Notes: a model not told the origin generated them from the letters alone. 64,000 nt of DNA from Octopus bimaculoides (GCF_001194135.2 NC_068999.1:13937936-14001935), one strand, 5' to 3'. Positions 14,520 through 27,110 are shown, numbered from the stretch's first letter. Numbers and translations are program-made.

Positions 14520-14591
14520 ACAATCGAACGGAAAACCAAATAAAATGTTCTCAGTGAAAATAGAGTGACACACACCCTCACACACAAAAAG

Positions 14592-15145
14592 CGAAAATTT
14601 GTATCGGTAAAATTAATAATGTACACACAATATTACAAGTAGATACCGGGAGCGATATTGCAATAATAAATTCTGAAACTTGGAAGAAAATAGTAAGACC
14701 TACATTCATGAAAAAAAAAAGGAAACAAATAGCGCGTGGTGTCTCTGGACAGCAAGTTCTATTCGTCGGTGAATTGACGTCAGAGGTAACATTTCGTGGG
14801 AAGACGTTCAAAGCGAAAACCTACATGTGAGAAAATACTATGAATCTGTTTGGTACAGATTGGATGGTGACATTTAATTTGTGGGACTTGCCCATAAGTG
14901 TGAATGCGTCACACACCAGTTCTAACAGGGCATCTGAGAAGTTTAAAATGAAATTTAAAATAACATATCACGATGTTTATTCTGAAGAACTTGTTACATG
15001 TACGAAAATAAGAGTGAAATCTCAATTAAAAGAAAATGCCGTTCCGGTTTTTGAACCAAAGTGATATGTGCATTTTGCGGAACTGAATCTAGTAGGAAAA
15101 GAATTGAAAAGACTTGAGAATATTGGTTATATAAAAAAAAATGAA
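14592..15145 (+). mobile_element. Gypsy/Ty3 pol relic: aspartic protease and start of RT
   Basis: LQVDTGSDIAIINSETWKKI (DTG at 14642-14650), then NLFGTDWMVTFNLWD, YHDVYSEELVTCTK..LKENAVPVFEPK and HFAELNLVGKELKRLENIGYIKK. This is a typical Gypsy PR-RT junction, interrupted by stops. Confidence 0.85.
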
Positions 15146-15179
15146 TCTATTCGGAATGGGCAGCACCAAGCGTACATAG

Positions 15180-15295
15180 AAATGAACCCTACCCACAGCA
15201 AGCTCTACGTCCCCTACTCCCAATTCCTACGTCTGCGCAGGCTCTGCAGTGGCAACCATGACGTTGTGACTCAGTTTCAACTCATGTGTCATTAA
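15180..15295 (+). mobile_element. Penelope-like element RT C-terminal fragment
   Basis: HSKLYVPYSQFLRLRRLCS matches the PLE thumb-region motif (S/Y)(I/V)PYSQFLRLRRLCS. Confidence 0.7.
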
Positions 15296-15616
15296 TACAT
15301 GATTCGTGGATATCTGGTATGGCGTACGAACTCTCGTCGTCACTGTTATATCTGAAGTGTTATAATATTAAAAGTTCCTGAAGTTCTCTTATTACCCTCT
15401 GTCTATTTTAACAAGCCCTCCGCGATATCTCTCTTCAATAATTCTTCCAACATATACGCTATGTCTGCGCATATGACACTCCTCTCAGACGGTTCTTCGC
15501 ATGCTTATTTTTACTAACTAGTATAGTTCCCTTAGCCAATCACATGTTTGTACAGATTCCCTATACAATAACTCCCCATTCTGAGATTGAGTTTCCTTTT
15601 ATTCCTATTTATTTTA

Positions 15617-16620
15617 CAACATTCTTGGGGAAGAAATTGGCATTTGTTTTCCGTTTAGAATAGATGTCTCACATTTCCGTCCGCTTTCTCTTTCTAGTTG
15701 ACTTGCGCACTGGTTCAACCCCTCCTGCGGTGACGGATTATCGAATATATCATAAAGATCAAGGCTCTTCACTATGAATGACCTCCTGACTTCTGTTACC
15801 ATAGGGCTAAATTAATTTCCTGCAAAATGATGGAGCAATTCTGTTCCATTCGTTTTTCAATAATTCCCAGAGCTCATTTTGTTTCTTTGGAATTATTCTT
15901 CACGCCCAGCTCCAATAATCTTGGAAGCATTTTCTGTAGGGTTGAGATTGGGACTTTGAGGTGGCCAGTATGTGAGATCAACCCCTTCATCACACACAAA
16001 AAAGACTTTGACTTTCTTCGCAGTTTGACAGGGAGCACTGTCCTGCACGAAAACAGGAGTTTGAACTGACGAGGATCGGAGATGTAGAAGGGCACGCTGT
16101 CTAAGTATGCGCTTGTATATTCCAGCATTGATAGCCGCCTGTAGGCGAATTAGTGCACTAAAACCAGCAGCAGGCATCACTCCCTATACCATTACACTGC
16201 TTCCTCCATATTTCACTGCCCTCTTCACACATGCACGAAAATACCTTTCGCCACTCCTTCGTCGGAACCAAGCACGTTAAACCTATATTAGTCCCTAAAA
16301 TGAATCTGCGACCACTGTTCGTCTGCCCAAACGACACGATCATGAGCGAAACTAAGACTTGCTCTTTGATTCTTCTCGTAAATTAGAGATTTCGTTGCCG
16401 GTGCCTGAGCAAGTAACCTAGAACCTCGTAACCTCCGAGAAACTGTTTAGTGCGACACGTTGACATCGGAAGTGTAGCTACTTTACTCGAGTATGCGATA
16501 ACTGAAAGCATTTGCTTCATTTATTTACCCAATTGGATGTTTCGTTCGAAACGTTAAGCAGTTTCAATTAAATTCCTCGCACTGAAGTAGACTGTGAATA
16601 TGGTGAGCTAGAGAGAGAAA
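15617..16620 (-). mobile_element. Decayed Tc1-family DDE transposon
   Basis: Minus strand reads TVSRRLR..KSLIYEKNQRASLSFAHDRVVWADEQWSQIHFRD*YRFNVLGSD, CVKRAVKYGGSSVMV*G, VFVQDSAPCQTAKKVK and WPPQSPNLNPTEN. All are Tc1 transposase motifs. Confidence 0.9.
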
Positions 16621-19600
16621 CGAAGTAACTGTCTTCACACACAACTATCTCCTTGATCGACCTCCCATCATCCATTTTTCATATTTTTTTCTTCTAAACA
16701 AATCCAAATTCGAAATTACTATATTTATTTATTTCTGAACTGCTTAGATACACTTTGTTATTTTTAGAATTTCGGCAGGATACATTTTAAATATGTTACT
16801 ATAAGAAAACTTGCCTTGCCTTGCGGAGATTTGCCTTCCAGCTGTAATATATTTCAGGAACTCAACAATTCCGTAAATTGATTTATTCTACTTTATTTAT
16901 TTCTTACTCATATTCTATTTCTGTCATACATCTTTTATTTCCATAGAATTATTCATGAAACCTTTGTTGACTTTACATCTTCTGAGTGTTATTATTTTCA
17001 AACCCATGATACGTATGTTAATTCATTTATTCATAAGTTTCTTTCAATGACATTTTTATGGATTCTTTTCATTATTTGGCCTTAAATATATGAATACATC
17101 AAAGTGAATTTTCTCACCTTCTTTTGAGCGTACAAACTGTTGGTTTGCAATTTATTGCTTATTAGCAATATTTCAGATGAATTCTACACCCACACTATTC
17201 TATAATCGTGTATATTTCTTAATACAACAAATTACAATTGCTGTTCTCATTTCAGAAATTACTCTGCGTTTCAATTCATAATGATATTTGTCATCTCGTA
17301 TTTAGGTGTGTTTCAGGTCATTTGCCCATAATTATTTCTACCAAGTATTAATCGAATAATGTAATATCGTCCACTGCCTTTATATAAGTATTTATTTTGC
17401 CTGTAAACTTCAAATATCATAAAATGCCATTGTGTGTAAAGTGGTAGAGAATCAATCTCACTTAAAAGTCGAACTGAAAGACGAAAAGATACGGGTGCAG
17501 AAAAAGGTAGGTGGAGGAGAAATGGGAGAACATGATAAAATAAGAGGCACAACAGTTTTAAAATTAAGGTAAACAAGAAGGACAGAGAAAGAGATAAGGA
17601 TGGAGAAAGAAAGAGTAGGTGCGTAGATTTTTATGTTTCTGTGCCTGAAAGGAAATTTGAAACATGAAATTCAGTAGTATTATCGAGTAGATAGATTGAT
17701 GATGAAATGTAACAGCGAAATGCGTAAGACGGTTTTCTTTGCAACACTACCAATTTGGTTGAGACGGTCTCTCATTATCTCTAAATATCCCCTTGTAATG
17801 TTTTTGGAATATATATGAGTAAATACAATATGGCATGAAAGCGTGAAAAAGTGATCTTGCAAAATATAAAAAAAACAAAAACAAAAATATTTCGCCACAT
17901 AAACATCAATGTTATTCTATTAAATGATTCTTGCAAAAGAAATAGGGTCTCATGTGACTATAAGTTTAAAGTTTGTATATATGTATGTGTGTAATATTTT
18001 ATATTCATTTATGCTGGTATATATGTAATTTTAGTAGGTAACGACTGAGTGGTAGTCGGAGTATAAATATAGAAGCTGCGTCACCGAAGTGTTGTAATTT
18101 AGCGCAATAAGATATATGCTACTATTTTGGCGCATTTCACATATTATTGAAATACTAACAGACTAATATGATTTGTAGTCCGAAACGTTGTGCGAAGATT
18201 ATTCTTCCCTTCATCGTGTGTCCAGAAGTCACGAAAATTCAAAATTAAGTACTGAAATGAAGAGTTTTGAGATACAGAATTTAAAAGCAATGCAGAAATT
18301 AAAATATTATTGTAGTACGTGTATTTCCTATATTTAACCTGCTATATTGAAAGAGCAAATAATATGGCGAAAAGAATTGCATTATAAAAGGAAAGAAAGT
18401 ATAATTAATAAATAAGATCAAAACTAAAATATGAATGAACGCTATAAACATTTTTGGCAATATAATATACACAAAGCTGAAAGCCTGGAGAACAGCCAAA
18501 CAATCGAAAGCCAGTGTAGTATATATGAGATTTTAGATAACAAATCTTATTACTGACACTACGGCTGCAAAATTAGAAAGTAATTCATTAAGTTGATCTC
18601 AAAAGACATTTGATGTATCTCTGATGAGAAACCATTATAGAAATGGTCAGAGCTATAGAGTGATACCATGCTGTATCAGATACAGAGTGGAGATAGAGAA
18701 TCAGAGCCCAATCAATCTCGGAGAAGAAACGTAGAATCTCAGAGAAAACAAATAGAGAAAATGAGAAAAAATTATCGCATTAAGAGCAACAAATGCTAAG
18801 AATACAAAGAGCTGTTACAATATTACAAACGAAAAGAGATCTTACTGAAAGGAAATCCAATACATTTAGAGAAAAAAAAACTGCAGTAAGTGTAGGTGCT
18901 ATATCTCAAAAATATGGCGATGCCCAGCGAGCAAATGAAATAAAATTGACTATGAAACAGAGAGGCACATAAATATCAGATAATATTGAAAACATTGCCT
19001 CATATTTTGCAGGGAGAAGAAGGATGTTGTACTGGCAAGCTGAGACAAGATATATTCAATGACTGTTTCCATCCGTCTACAATCCTCATCATGCAATCAT
19101 TACATATTCTGTATTAACTGAAACATTAGACCTTAACAACCGCATTTACTTCTGTATTAATGGAAGCATCGAACGCTAAAACGCTTAAGGCTGGTTTATC
19201 TTCCAGTTTACATAGCATTCGTAAACTTGTCAACGCATCTATACATAAACAAAACGGAATGTGTTCTTTTGAATATTTCCCTTTAACAATAGCTAACGTG
19301 ACACACTTCATTAGCATGATAATGTAGGCTGTATCATTCAGTTCAGCGAACTATCAGAGAAAATAAAATTAACGCAAATGCGTGCAATATTCAAAGTAAT
19401 ATGGAAGAAAATTGTGGGATGAACAATAAAAACCAGACACGTGTCAAAAGTATGATGTTTACAGTATATATCCTTCTCACTGACATCGCAATAATTAAGA
19501 GAGGATGAATTGGTAATTAGGTTTAAGACATCATATGTAATGACATGAATTCACAGAGTTCCGTAATTTTCCCACATATTGTATGTGGGAGATTCGAGCA

Positions 19601-20010
19601 CATCGTATGCAAATTAATATTTCTAATGATCCAAGGTAAGAACTTGATTTTGAAAAAGCAATAAGATGTAGTTACATTTGAGGTATGTGGAAATAGATAT
19701 TAGGGGTGAATCTCGTCTTCTACTGAAGTACACTAAACATTTTCTCGTATTCTGACTGAATATGTAGTTATTGATAACATCTAATAAATTAACAGGAAGA
19801 ACATACGTTCGTGTGGATGATATTCTGATTGAAGAATGAGTAAACGATGAAAGATCGTGCATGAAGCTGTACAGAGAATTAAGATCGGTGTCATATGCAT
19901 CTACTCATGGTCTGTGTGTTGGAAACATACGTAGGAGGTCGTCGTAACAATAAACATGGTGTATGATTTGTAAAATATAGGATACACATTCAGGATGTAC
20001 CAGTCTCCAT

Positions 20011-20068
<58 letters not shown>

Positions 20069-21130
20069 TCTCTCTCATATATATATATATATATACACAC
20101 ATATAAGTATATACATGTTTGTGTTTGTATACGAGTATTTTTTTCATTTTATTTTTATCCCAATGAGAATGAAATATCAGAACAGAGACAAAATGATGCT
20201 TTGGGATTCCGCATATCATCACCACTGAGATTTACATATAATAGTACTGAATATAACAGTTAATACTTATAGAACGTGCAGAACAAGTTTCAAAAATTGT
20301 GAGCAAAATTATTAATATACTTACCTCCCTAGTTTTATGAATTATCCACAGTTACTGATTCTCGCATGTCCCCGAATGATTAGATATTTTCTCGTTTAAG
20401 TATGTTAGTCTCATTAGGAGCATATCAATGAGAAGAAATACGGAATTACAAATGCAGGAATGTTTTATGAAATGTGATACACAGAGACGCATGCATGCAT
20501 GTACACGCGAGCACGCACAGACCCAAACAACATATACACATCTATCCATATATACACATACTTACACACACATATATATATATATATGTATGGGCATAAA
20601 GTATATATATGCATGCCCGCATGAAAGTAGGGTTTCGCGTTTGTATCCAAATAGCTCTGTCCAGAGTGATCTAATTCCAAGGTACATTGTAAAGGATTCA
20701 CCTATATTAAATAGACATATTTCTGTTGCATAACACATGTAAAAATTAGTATTGTCTTTCACTAAGTCCCAACAATGTCAGCATAATCATTAACTACTAC
20801 CAGATTTTATAGTAAAATTCTTATATGCTCTTCATTTAATTATAGATATTTGAAAAAGAAATTCAGACAAACGTAAATAAATAAAGAATATACAGCGACT
20901 AAATACATTTTTGCATACATTCCTAACAAAGCTATAGATTCTTAAGTTCATATAATATTAATTAGATTTTACAAATGTAAAAATAAAAAAGAATGTTCGG
21001 CCAATATGTGTATTCCTTCTCTTGAGGCTCATCGAGGACTTTACGGATTATTAAAGGAAGATTATTCATTTCAAAATGTCTCTATATCTCTCTTTCACAT
21101 GTATGATTGCTTTGTTTAAGTTATGAGAGT

Positions 21131-21497
21131 GCGGTCATGCTTGAGCACTGCCTTGAAGTATCTTAGTCGTAAGAAATGGCCACAATACTTAAATTTTATT
21201 CCAGGTACTTATTCTAGCGGTGTCTTTTGACGAAACTTCAAGTTAGGCGAAGAAACCAACCAAACACTAATTCGCATGCATAAACTCTCTCGCGCACACA
21301 CACACACACTGACACACACGCACACACTGATATATGCGATGGTCCTCTTTCACTTTCTATCTACCAAATCAATTTGCAAATGATTCGTCGGCCGAAGGGA
21401 ACAGTAGAAGACACTTGCCAAATGTGGTTCGCTGCGGGACAGAACCCGGAACCAAAGGGTTGGAAAACAAGTCTCTTACAATACGGTCACAACCGCA
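21131..21497 (-). mobile_element. tRNA-derived SINE of a second family, with central CA microsatellite
   Basis: Reverse complement has a tRNA-like head (GGTTCCGGGTTCTGTCCC...GGCAAGTGTCTTCTACT), a TGGTAGATAGAAAGTGAAAG block, a (TG)n centre and a CAAGGCAGTGCTCAAGCATGACC tail. Confidence 0.75.
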
Positions 21498-21644
21498 CCT
21501 ATATATTGACAATATAATGCAAGTTATATAAGAACGAAATTTTAATGTACAAACACAGACAGAAAAACAGACACGAATATGTATATACATTTATGTTATA
21601 TATTTGTAGGAAAATAAATCAGAAACGAAACGAAAAAGGAAATA

Positions 21645-21687
21645 TTATTATCATTATTATTATTAGTAGTAGAAGTAGTAGTATTAC

Positions 21688-21748
<61 letters not shown>

Positions 21749-21928
21749 AGTAGTAGTAGTAGTATTCGTAGTAGTAGTAGTAGTAGTAGTAACACCAACC
21801 ACCACCAATGTCAACAATACGGACAACTACAACAGCAACAGCAACAACAAAAGCAGCAGCAACAACACCAATGATGATGATGATGATAATAATAATAATA
21901 ATAATGTATTATTATTATTATTATCAAA
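21645..21928. repeat. Compound trinucleotide microsatellite (ATT/AGT/CAA/CAG/GAT/AAT)
   Basis: Read directly. It explains the poly-I/S/Q and poly-N/T ORFs in the track. Confidence 0.95.
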
Positions 21929-23239
21929 TAAACATTTAAATACAACTATATATTTTCAGATCATTATATAATGGAATAAATCTAGCTGTTTTTTCTCCTT
22001 TAATATTTAAAATTTTCGAGAAAATTGAATAATAAAATGTAACGAATGTAATATACCACTATAAGAATTTCTACGATAAACAAGACAACATTTTTGCAAA
22101 AATGTTATCTATCAAAACATAGATGTGTCTGTTTCATGTAACAATAAATTTCTGGAGAGGAATTCACGAGTGTTTTGTAAATATATGAACAGACAATTTT
22201 CTACTCAATATATATTATATATTCTGTTTTTTGTAGGGGAACAGTTATACACATTCACTCAAAATTTTAGACGCAGTTGCAAACGCCTTATACATACACA
22301 CCTATACACACTCGCATGCACATCACACATACACTCATTGACACAAACACACATACACACAAACACTCACACAAGTAGATAATCTGAACATACATACATA
22401 TGCCTAGCTATATTTCGTTCTACCAAGACATAGTCGTATGCGTGCGTACAGTGTGTATGAGAGAGAAAAAGGGAGAGAAAGTGCTTGAGCGAATAAGACG
22501 GTAAGTGTTTGTATTTCTCCAGTATGTCGATGTGCATTTAGTCTATATAACAACTAAACTGCTTCTGGAATATCATGTAAGTGCCGGAGGTTTATACAAA
22601 ATGTGTGCCCCGAGCATAAGACTCGGGAACATTCAGCATTCCACAGTGTGTTCAATTGCTGATCCTTACATATATCGGTAAAAAAAAACAACTCTAAAGG
22701 CTGAGAACATGTCCCTACCTAAACATTATCGTCCACAAAATATATAGACAACGAGGCGTTACAGGATATGTATCGTAGGTCGAACTCGGTGTGATGAAAC
22801 CATCGACGTCGTGGTTGCGAAATGTATATGTTCGCAATGTGGATAAGTCATATGCATAACGTCAAACGACTTAGTACAACCTGTCACATGGTTGGGCCGA
22901 TGATACAGCAACACGATTTAAAAACAATTTGAAATCGAAGTGCAGTTTCCATAAAAAAATGTGTATGTATGTACATGTGTATGTAAATACTAATGGGCAT
23001 GTATGTGTGTGTGATTATGTTCAATTAATTCTAATAAAACGATTTCTACATTAATCTCATTGTTTACTCAATACTTTTCTTGAGCACAAATGTATTACAC
23101 TTATCCAATAAAATTACTGTCAGCGACTTCAAGCTTCGACGAATTCAGCCCTCATTCTAATGCGTGCATTGCTGTTAATTTAGGCTTTATATAGAATCTC
23201 TTGAAGTAAAATTTTCCTTGTGAGGATGGGTGGAGTGTT

Positions 23240-23379
23240 ACAGGGGTGCAAACATATCAGCATCGGTTGTCAAGTGAGAGTGAAGGGGACAAACATACAC
23301 ACGCACACACACATATGTATATGTATATATATATGTACGAGAGATTTCTTTACAGCTTCCATCTACCAATTCCAGTAAC
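23240..23379 (-). mobile_element. Fragment of the second SINE family, cut by a gap
   Basis: CATCGGTTGTCAAG...GGGGACAAACATACAC...TTTACAGCTTCCATCTACCAATTCC is homologous to 21131-21497. Confidence 0.6.
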
Positions 23380-24943
23380 NNNNNNNNNNNNNNNNNNNNN
23401 NNNNNNNNNNNNNNNNNNNNNNNNNNNNNNNNNNNNNNNNNNNNNNNNNNNNNNNNNNNNNNNNNNNNNNNNNNNNNNNNNNNNNNNNNNNNNNNNNNNN
23501 NNNNNNNNNNNNNNNNNNNNNNNNNNNNNNNNNNNNNNNNNNNNNNNNNNNNNNNNNNNNNNNNNNNNNNNNNNNNNNNNNNNNNNNNNNNNNNNNNNNN
23601 NNNNNNNNNNNNNNNNNNNNNNNNNNNNNNNNNNNNNNNNNNNNNNNNNNNNNNNNNNNNNNNNNNNNNNNNNNNNNNNNNNNNNNNNNNNNNNNNNNNN
23701 NNNNNNNNNNNNNNNNNNNNNNNNNNNNNNNNNNNNNNNNNNNNNNNNNNNNNNNNNNNNNNNNNNNATAATTTTCTCAGATATATTTTACATGTTTCGG
23801 TTCTTGAAACAATGAACCTTATCAAGAATACATATTTTTTAAAAAAGATGTAATTAAAAGAAATGCTCAAAATTGTTTGTTACTGTTGTCAACAAAGTCC
23901 ACGTGGGAGCGTTTTTTTGTGTGGGGACATAATGGCTGTCCAGTGCGTTGACTTGAATCGTTGGTTGTAGTAGTAGTAGTGACCTTGTTGGTAATGGTAA
24001 ATGGGAGTGACCTCTGTCCGTGGAACCAGTAGTAAATTGGTTGTAGTAGTAGAGGAGTGTGTATATACACATATATATACACTCTCACACAAATCCATAC
24101 ATACATGCACACATACACACTCGCACTCATATAAACACGAATGCATGTACACACTCACAGACACTCATGCACACACGCACACACACGAAACGCCCGCGCA
24201 CACACACACACAAACGCCCGCGCACACACACAAACACAAGCATACATTTTGCTAAATTTCCTCAAGCCTACCAAACTATATATATTCGCATTTTACACCT
24301 GTATATCCTAAAATTTGTTCACATTCAGTTTTCCCTCAGATAAATGTTTCCTTTTATTTCAGTATTCTAAAATGATGTGCTTAATTACAATTACAAGAGT
24401 AATTTCTACATGTTGCTGATTTACATACTACAGTGAATTCTGTATCCATTCCTAATGGTACGACCATTCGTTTGTGAATGAAATACCGTTTAATCAGTTG
24501 GCCATATACATCTTAACTCTATAATGAGTTGCAAAAGAGAATGATTGATGTTTATTTTTGTAAAACCTGTACTGTTTGTCTATAGAAGATACTTGATCCA
24601 TATTGAAATTATAGATATATTCGGAATTTTCCAGTATTAGAATTTAAATATTTATAACTAACATGTGCTCAGGCTTTCTTTCTTTTCAATTTCGTGTCTT
24701 GTGATAATTACTTCATAGGTATCATAATCTTTTGCTCTTTTACTTTCTATAATTCATTGTTAAAGTCGATCTATCTGATTAACATTTATGATTCTGGATA
24801 TTCTATTCGTCATATTATCAGTGTTATTAATATATTTTGCCAGTGAATAGTTTATTTCCAAATCATTAATTTTAGAACATGTCCTTTAGAAATGATGGTT
24901 ATCACTATCCACGTTATTTTAAACTGAGAATTTTATTTGTGCT

Positions 24944-25155
24944 TGTTGTGGAAGGATTCAGATTTCTGCTCAAGTAACGAAAAATGGACGGACTCATTGT
25001 TATAAATTAAAGAGGTGTGCACGATTGGCAGTTCGTGTTCGCAGCATTTCACTGTGGGCCTTTGATATAAGGCGTTGAGTCTTATGTAAGAGCAATAGCA
25101 GTTCATCGTGTATATACTTCCTTCCCCCGTTCTTCCTTATATTATATATACAACA
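24944..25155 (+). repeat. 5' LTR of the Gypsy element
   Basis: Shares TGTGGAAGGATTC, CGATTGGCAGTTCG, TTCACTGTG.GCCTTTGATAT.AGGCGTT and TTATATTATATAT with 29316-29526. Confidence 0.8.
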
Positions 25156-25164
25156 CAAATATAT

Positions 25165-25340
25165 GAATATGACGATGAGTTCATTATTTACATTATTTAC
25201 ATTTGACGGATAATTGTCCCCATCATTGGTGTTAACACAACGCTTCGGCTGATATACCCTCCAGCCGTCATCAGGTGACTTATGGAAATTTGTTATTTTA
25301 GCCTGGATTCTCACTCCCTAGGTATTTTTGTATGTTATTA
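25165..25340 (-). mobile_element. Penelope-like 3' terminal repeat with hammerhead-like core (copy 1)
   Basis: Reverse complement reads CACCTGATGACGGCTGGAGGGTATATCAGCCGAAGCGTTGTG...ATCCGTCAAATGTAAATAATGTA. It is an inverted homolog of 26125-26260. Confidence 0.65.
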
Positions 25341-25370
25341 TAATTATTATTATTAGATTCCAGGCAGTGA

Positions 25371-25438
<68 letters not shown>

Positions 25439-25439
<1 letters not shown>

Positions 25440-26063
25440 GGAAAAAAGGAAAAAATGCCTTCTAATTGATGTTTCAATACCAGCAGATGACAACGTTTCT
25501 CTAAAAGAAATGGAAAAACTTTCAAAATACAAAGACCTGGAAATAGAGATAACTCGAATGTGGAATCTAAAAACAGAAACAATTCCTATCATAGTAGGTG
25601 CCTTAGGTATAATAAAAAAAATATTCAGACAAATACATAACAAAAACACCAGGACTTACAAATATATATAACATACAGAAAATTGCACTACTGGGTACTG
25701 CACACATTCTACGCAAACCACTTTCAATANNNNNNNNNNAATGGAAAAACTTTCAAAATACAAAGACCTGGAAATAGAGATAACTCGAATGTGGAATCTA
25801 AAAACAGAAACAATTCCTATCATAGTAGGTGCCTTAGGTATAATAAAAAAAATATTCAGACAAATACATAACAAAAACACCAGGACTTACAAATATATAT
25901 AACATACAGAAAATTGCACTACTGGGTACTGCACACATTCTACGCAAACCACTTTCAATACAGTAAACATAAGAGCACCACAGCAAACCACAGCACATAC
26001 CCAAGGCGCACAGAGCTGCGCTCGGTAGTGAAGTGAAAGCACGTTATAAAAATAAAACTACTG
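25439..26063 (+). mobile_element. 3' end of an R4/Dong-clade (RLE) non-LTR retrotransposon, partly duplicated across a 10-N gap
   Basis: KCLLIDVSIPADDNVSLKEMEKLSKYKDLEIEITRMWNLKTETIPIIVGALG...QKIALLGTAHILRKPLSIQ* is a restriction-like endonuclease C-terminus, followed by a 3' UTR and an (AAT)n tail. 25509-25729 is repeated at 25740-25960. Confidence 0.85.
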
Positions 26064-26124
26064 AATAATAATAATAATAATAATAATAACAACAACAACA
26101 ACAACAACATCAAAAATACCTTGG

Positions 26125-26260
26125 AATGAGAAGCAATGTTCAAAATTTCCCCAAGGCACCCGATGAAGGCTGGGGGGCATATCAGCCGAAACGTTGTTTT
26201 AACAACAAAGAAGGCGGGGACAAATATCCGTCAAATGTAAATAATGTACATAACTATTCA
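26125..26260 (+). mobile_element. Penelope-like 3' terminal repeat with hammerhead-like core (copy 2)
   Basis: GCACCCGATGAAGGCTGGGGGGCATATCAGCCGAAACGTTG...ATCCGTCAAATGTAAATAATGTA. Confidence 0.65.
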
Positions 26261-26379
26261 TTTCTTATATATATAACTGTACGGCGACGAATTGTTCGAA
26301 GCTTGCGTTTGAGTTTATGTTTTCTTGTATGAAACCAAAGAAAAAATCGTTTTCACATGCACTACATTTTGGCCTCTGT

Positions 26380-27110
26380 AGTGTAGTGACCACAGCAACG
26401 ACAGCGACAACAAGGCCAGCTACAGCTACAAGTGCAAGACCAGCAAATGCAATACCAGCAAGTGCAACACCAGCAGCATGAAGAAGAAGAGCAACAAAAC
26501 CAAAACTAATAGTTGCTGGAATTATTGTTGAAGGAATCTCTAAATACCTTCGGTTGGTACTTGCCAGACATGGTAGAAAATTCAATTGATGATTTCAGCT
26601 CTAAACCGAAAGAAGTTACTGCCTTTCTACATTATTTCGGAGATACGAAGAAATCTTCAAAACAGAGTGTAAGAGCTGGTCTCACGACAAAACAGTACGA
26701 CTATTTTTAAGAAAGTTATCCCCTGCGGAACTCGAAAAATATAGTGATTATATTATGCCGAAGAAGGAAAAGGAAATCTATTTCGAAGAAATAATTAATT
26801 TTTTGCGAATATTTTCAGTGAAAGGATTTCCTTGTACAATACTCTCTCGCAATATTTAAATTTATTAAAATAAGATGATGAATATTTCATAAAATATGCC
26901 GGAGTGGTTTACAGAGAGTGAGAGAAATTCACATTGATTGCGTTAACCCAAGATATGTTCAAGTCTTTAAATTTGGTTCAAAGGCTTACTGCAAGCAAAG
27001 ATGCAGGTATATGTTTCCGGATGATAACAAACGTAAAGGCGGACCAAAATTTAACTCTGCGGGCAATAGGAGAAGAACGTCAGAGGATTATTAATCTATG
27101 ATATGACGCA
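26380..27110 (+). pseudogene. Decayed Gypsy gag
   Basis: Gln-rich N-terminus (QLQLQVQDQQMQYQQVQHQQ), then NSIDDFSSKPKEVTAFLHYF and LTTKQYDYF, between the PBS and pol. Many stops and frameshifts. Confidence 0.55.

Noticed and set aside
21826-21874. Poly-Gln coding stretch
   Set aside because: It is part of the compound triplet microsatellite.
23889-24060. WW-domain-like GHYYYYNQRFKSTHW on the minus strand
   Set aside because: It lacks the first Trp and terminal Pro, the Tyr run comes from a (TAC)n repeat, and no splice sites support it.
25509-25960. Apparently identical 220-bp tandem duplication in the R4/Dong fragment
   Set aside because: The copies are separated by a 10-N gap, typical of unmerged overlapping contig ends. 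Probably an assembly artefact.
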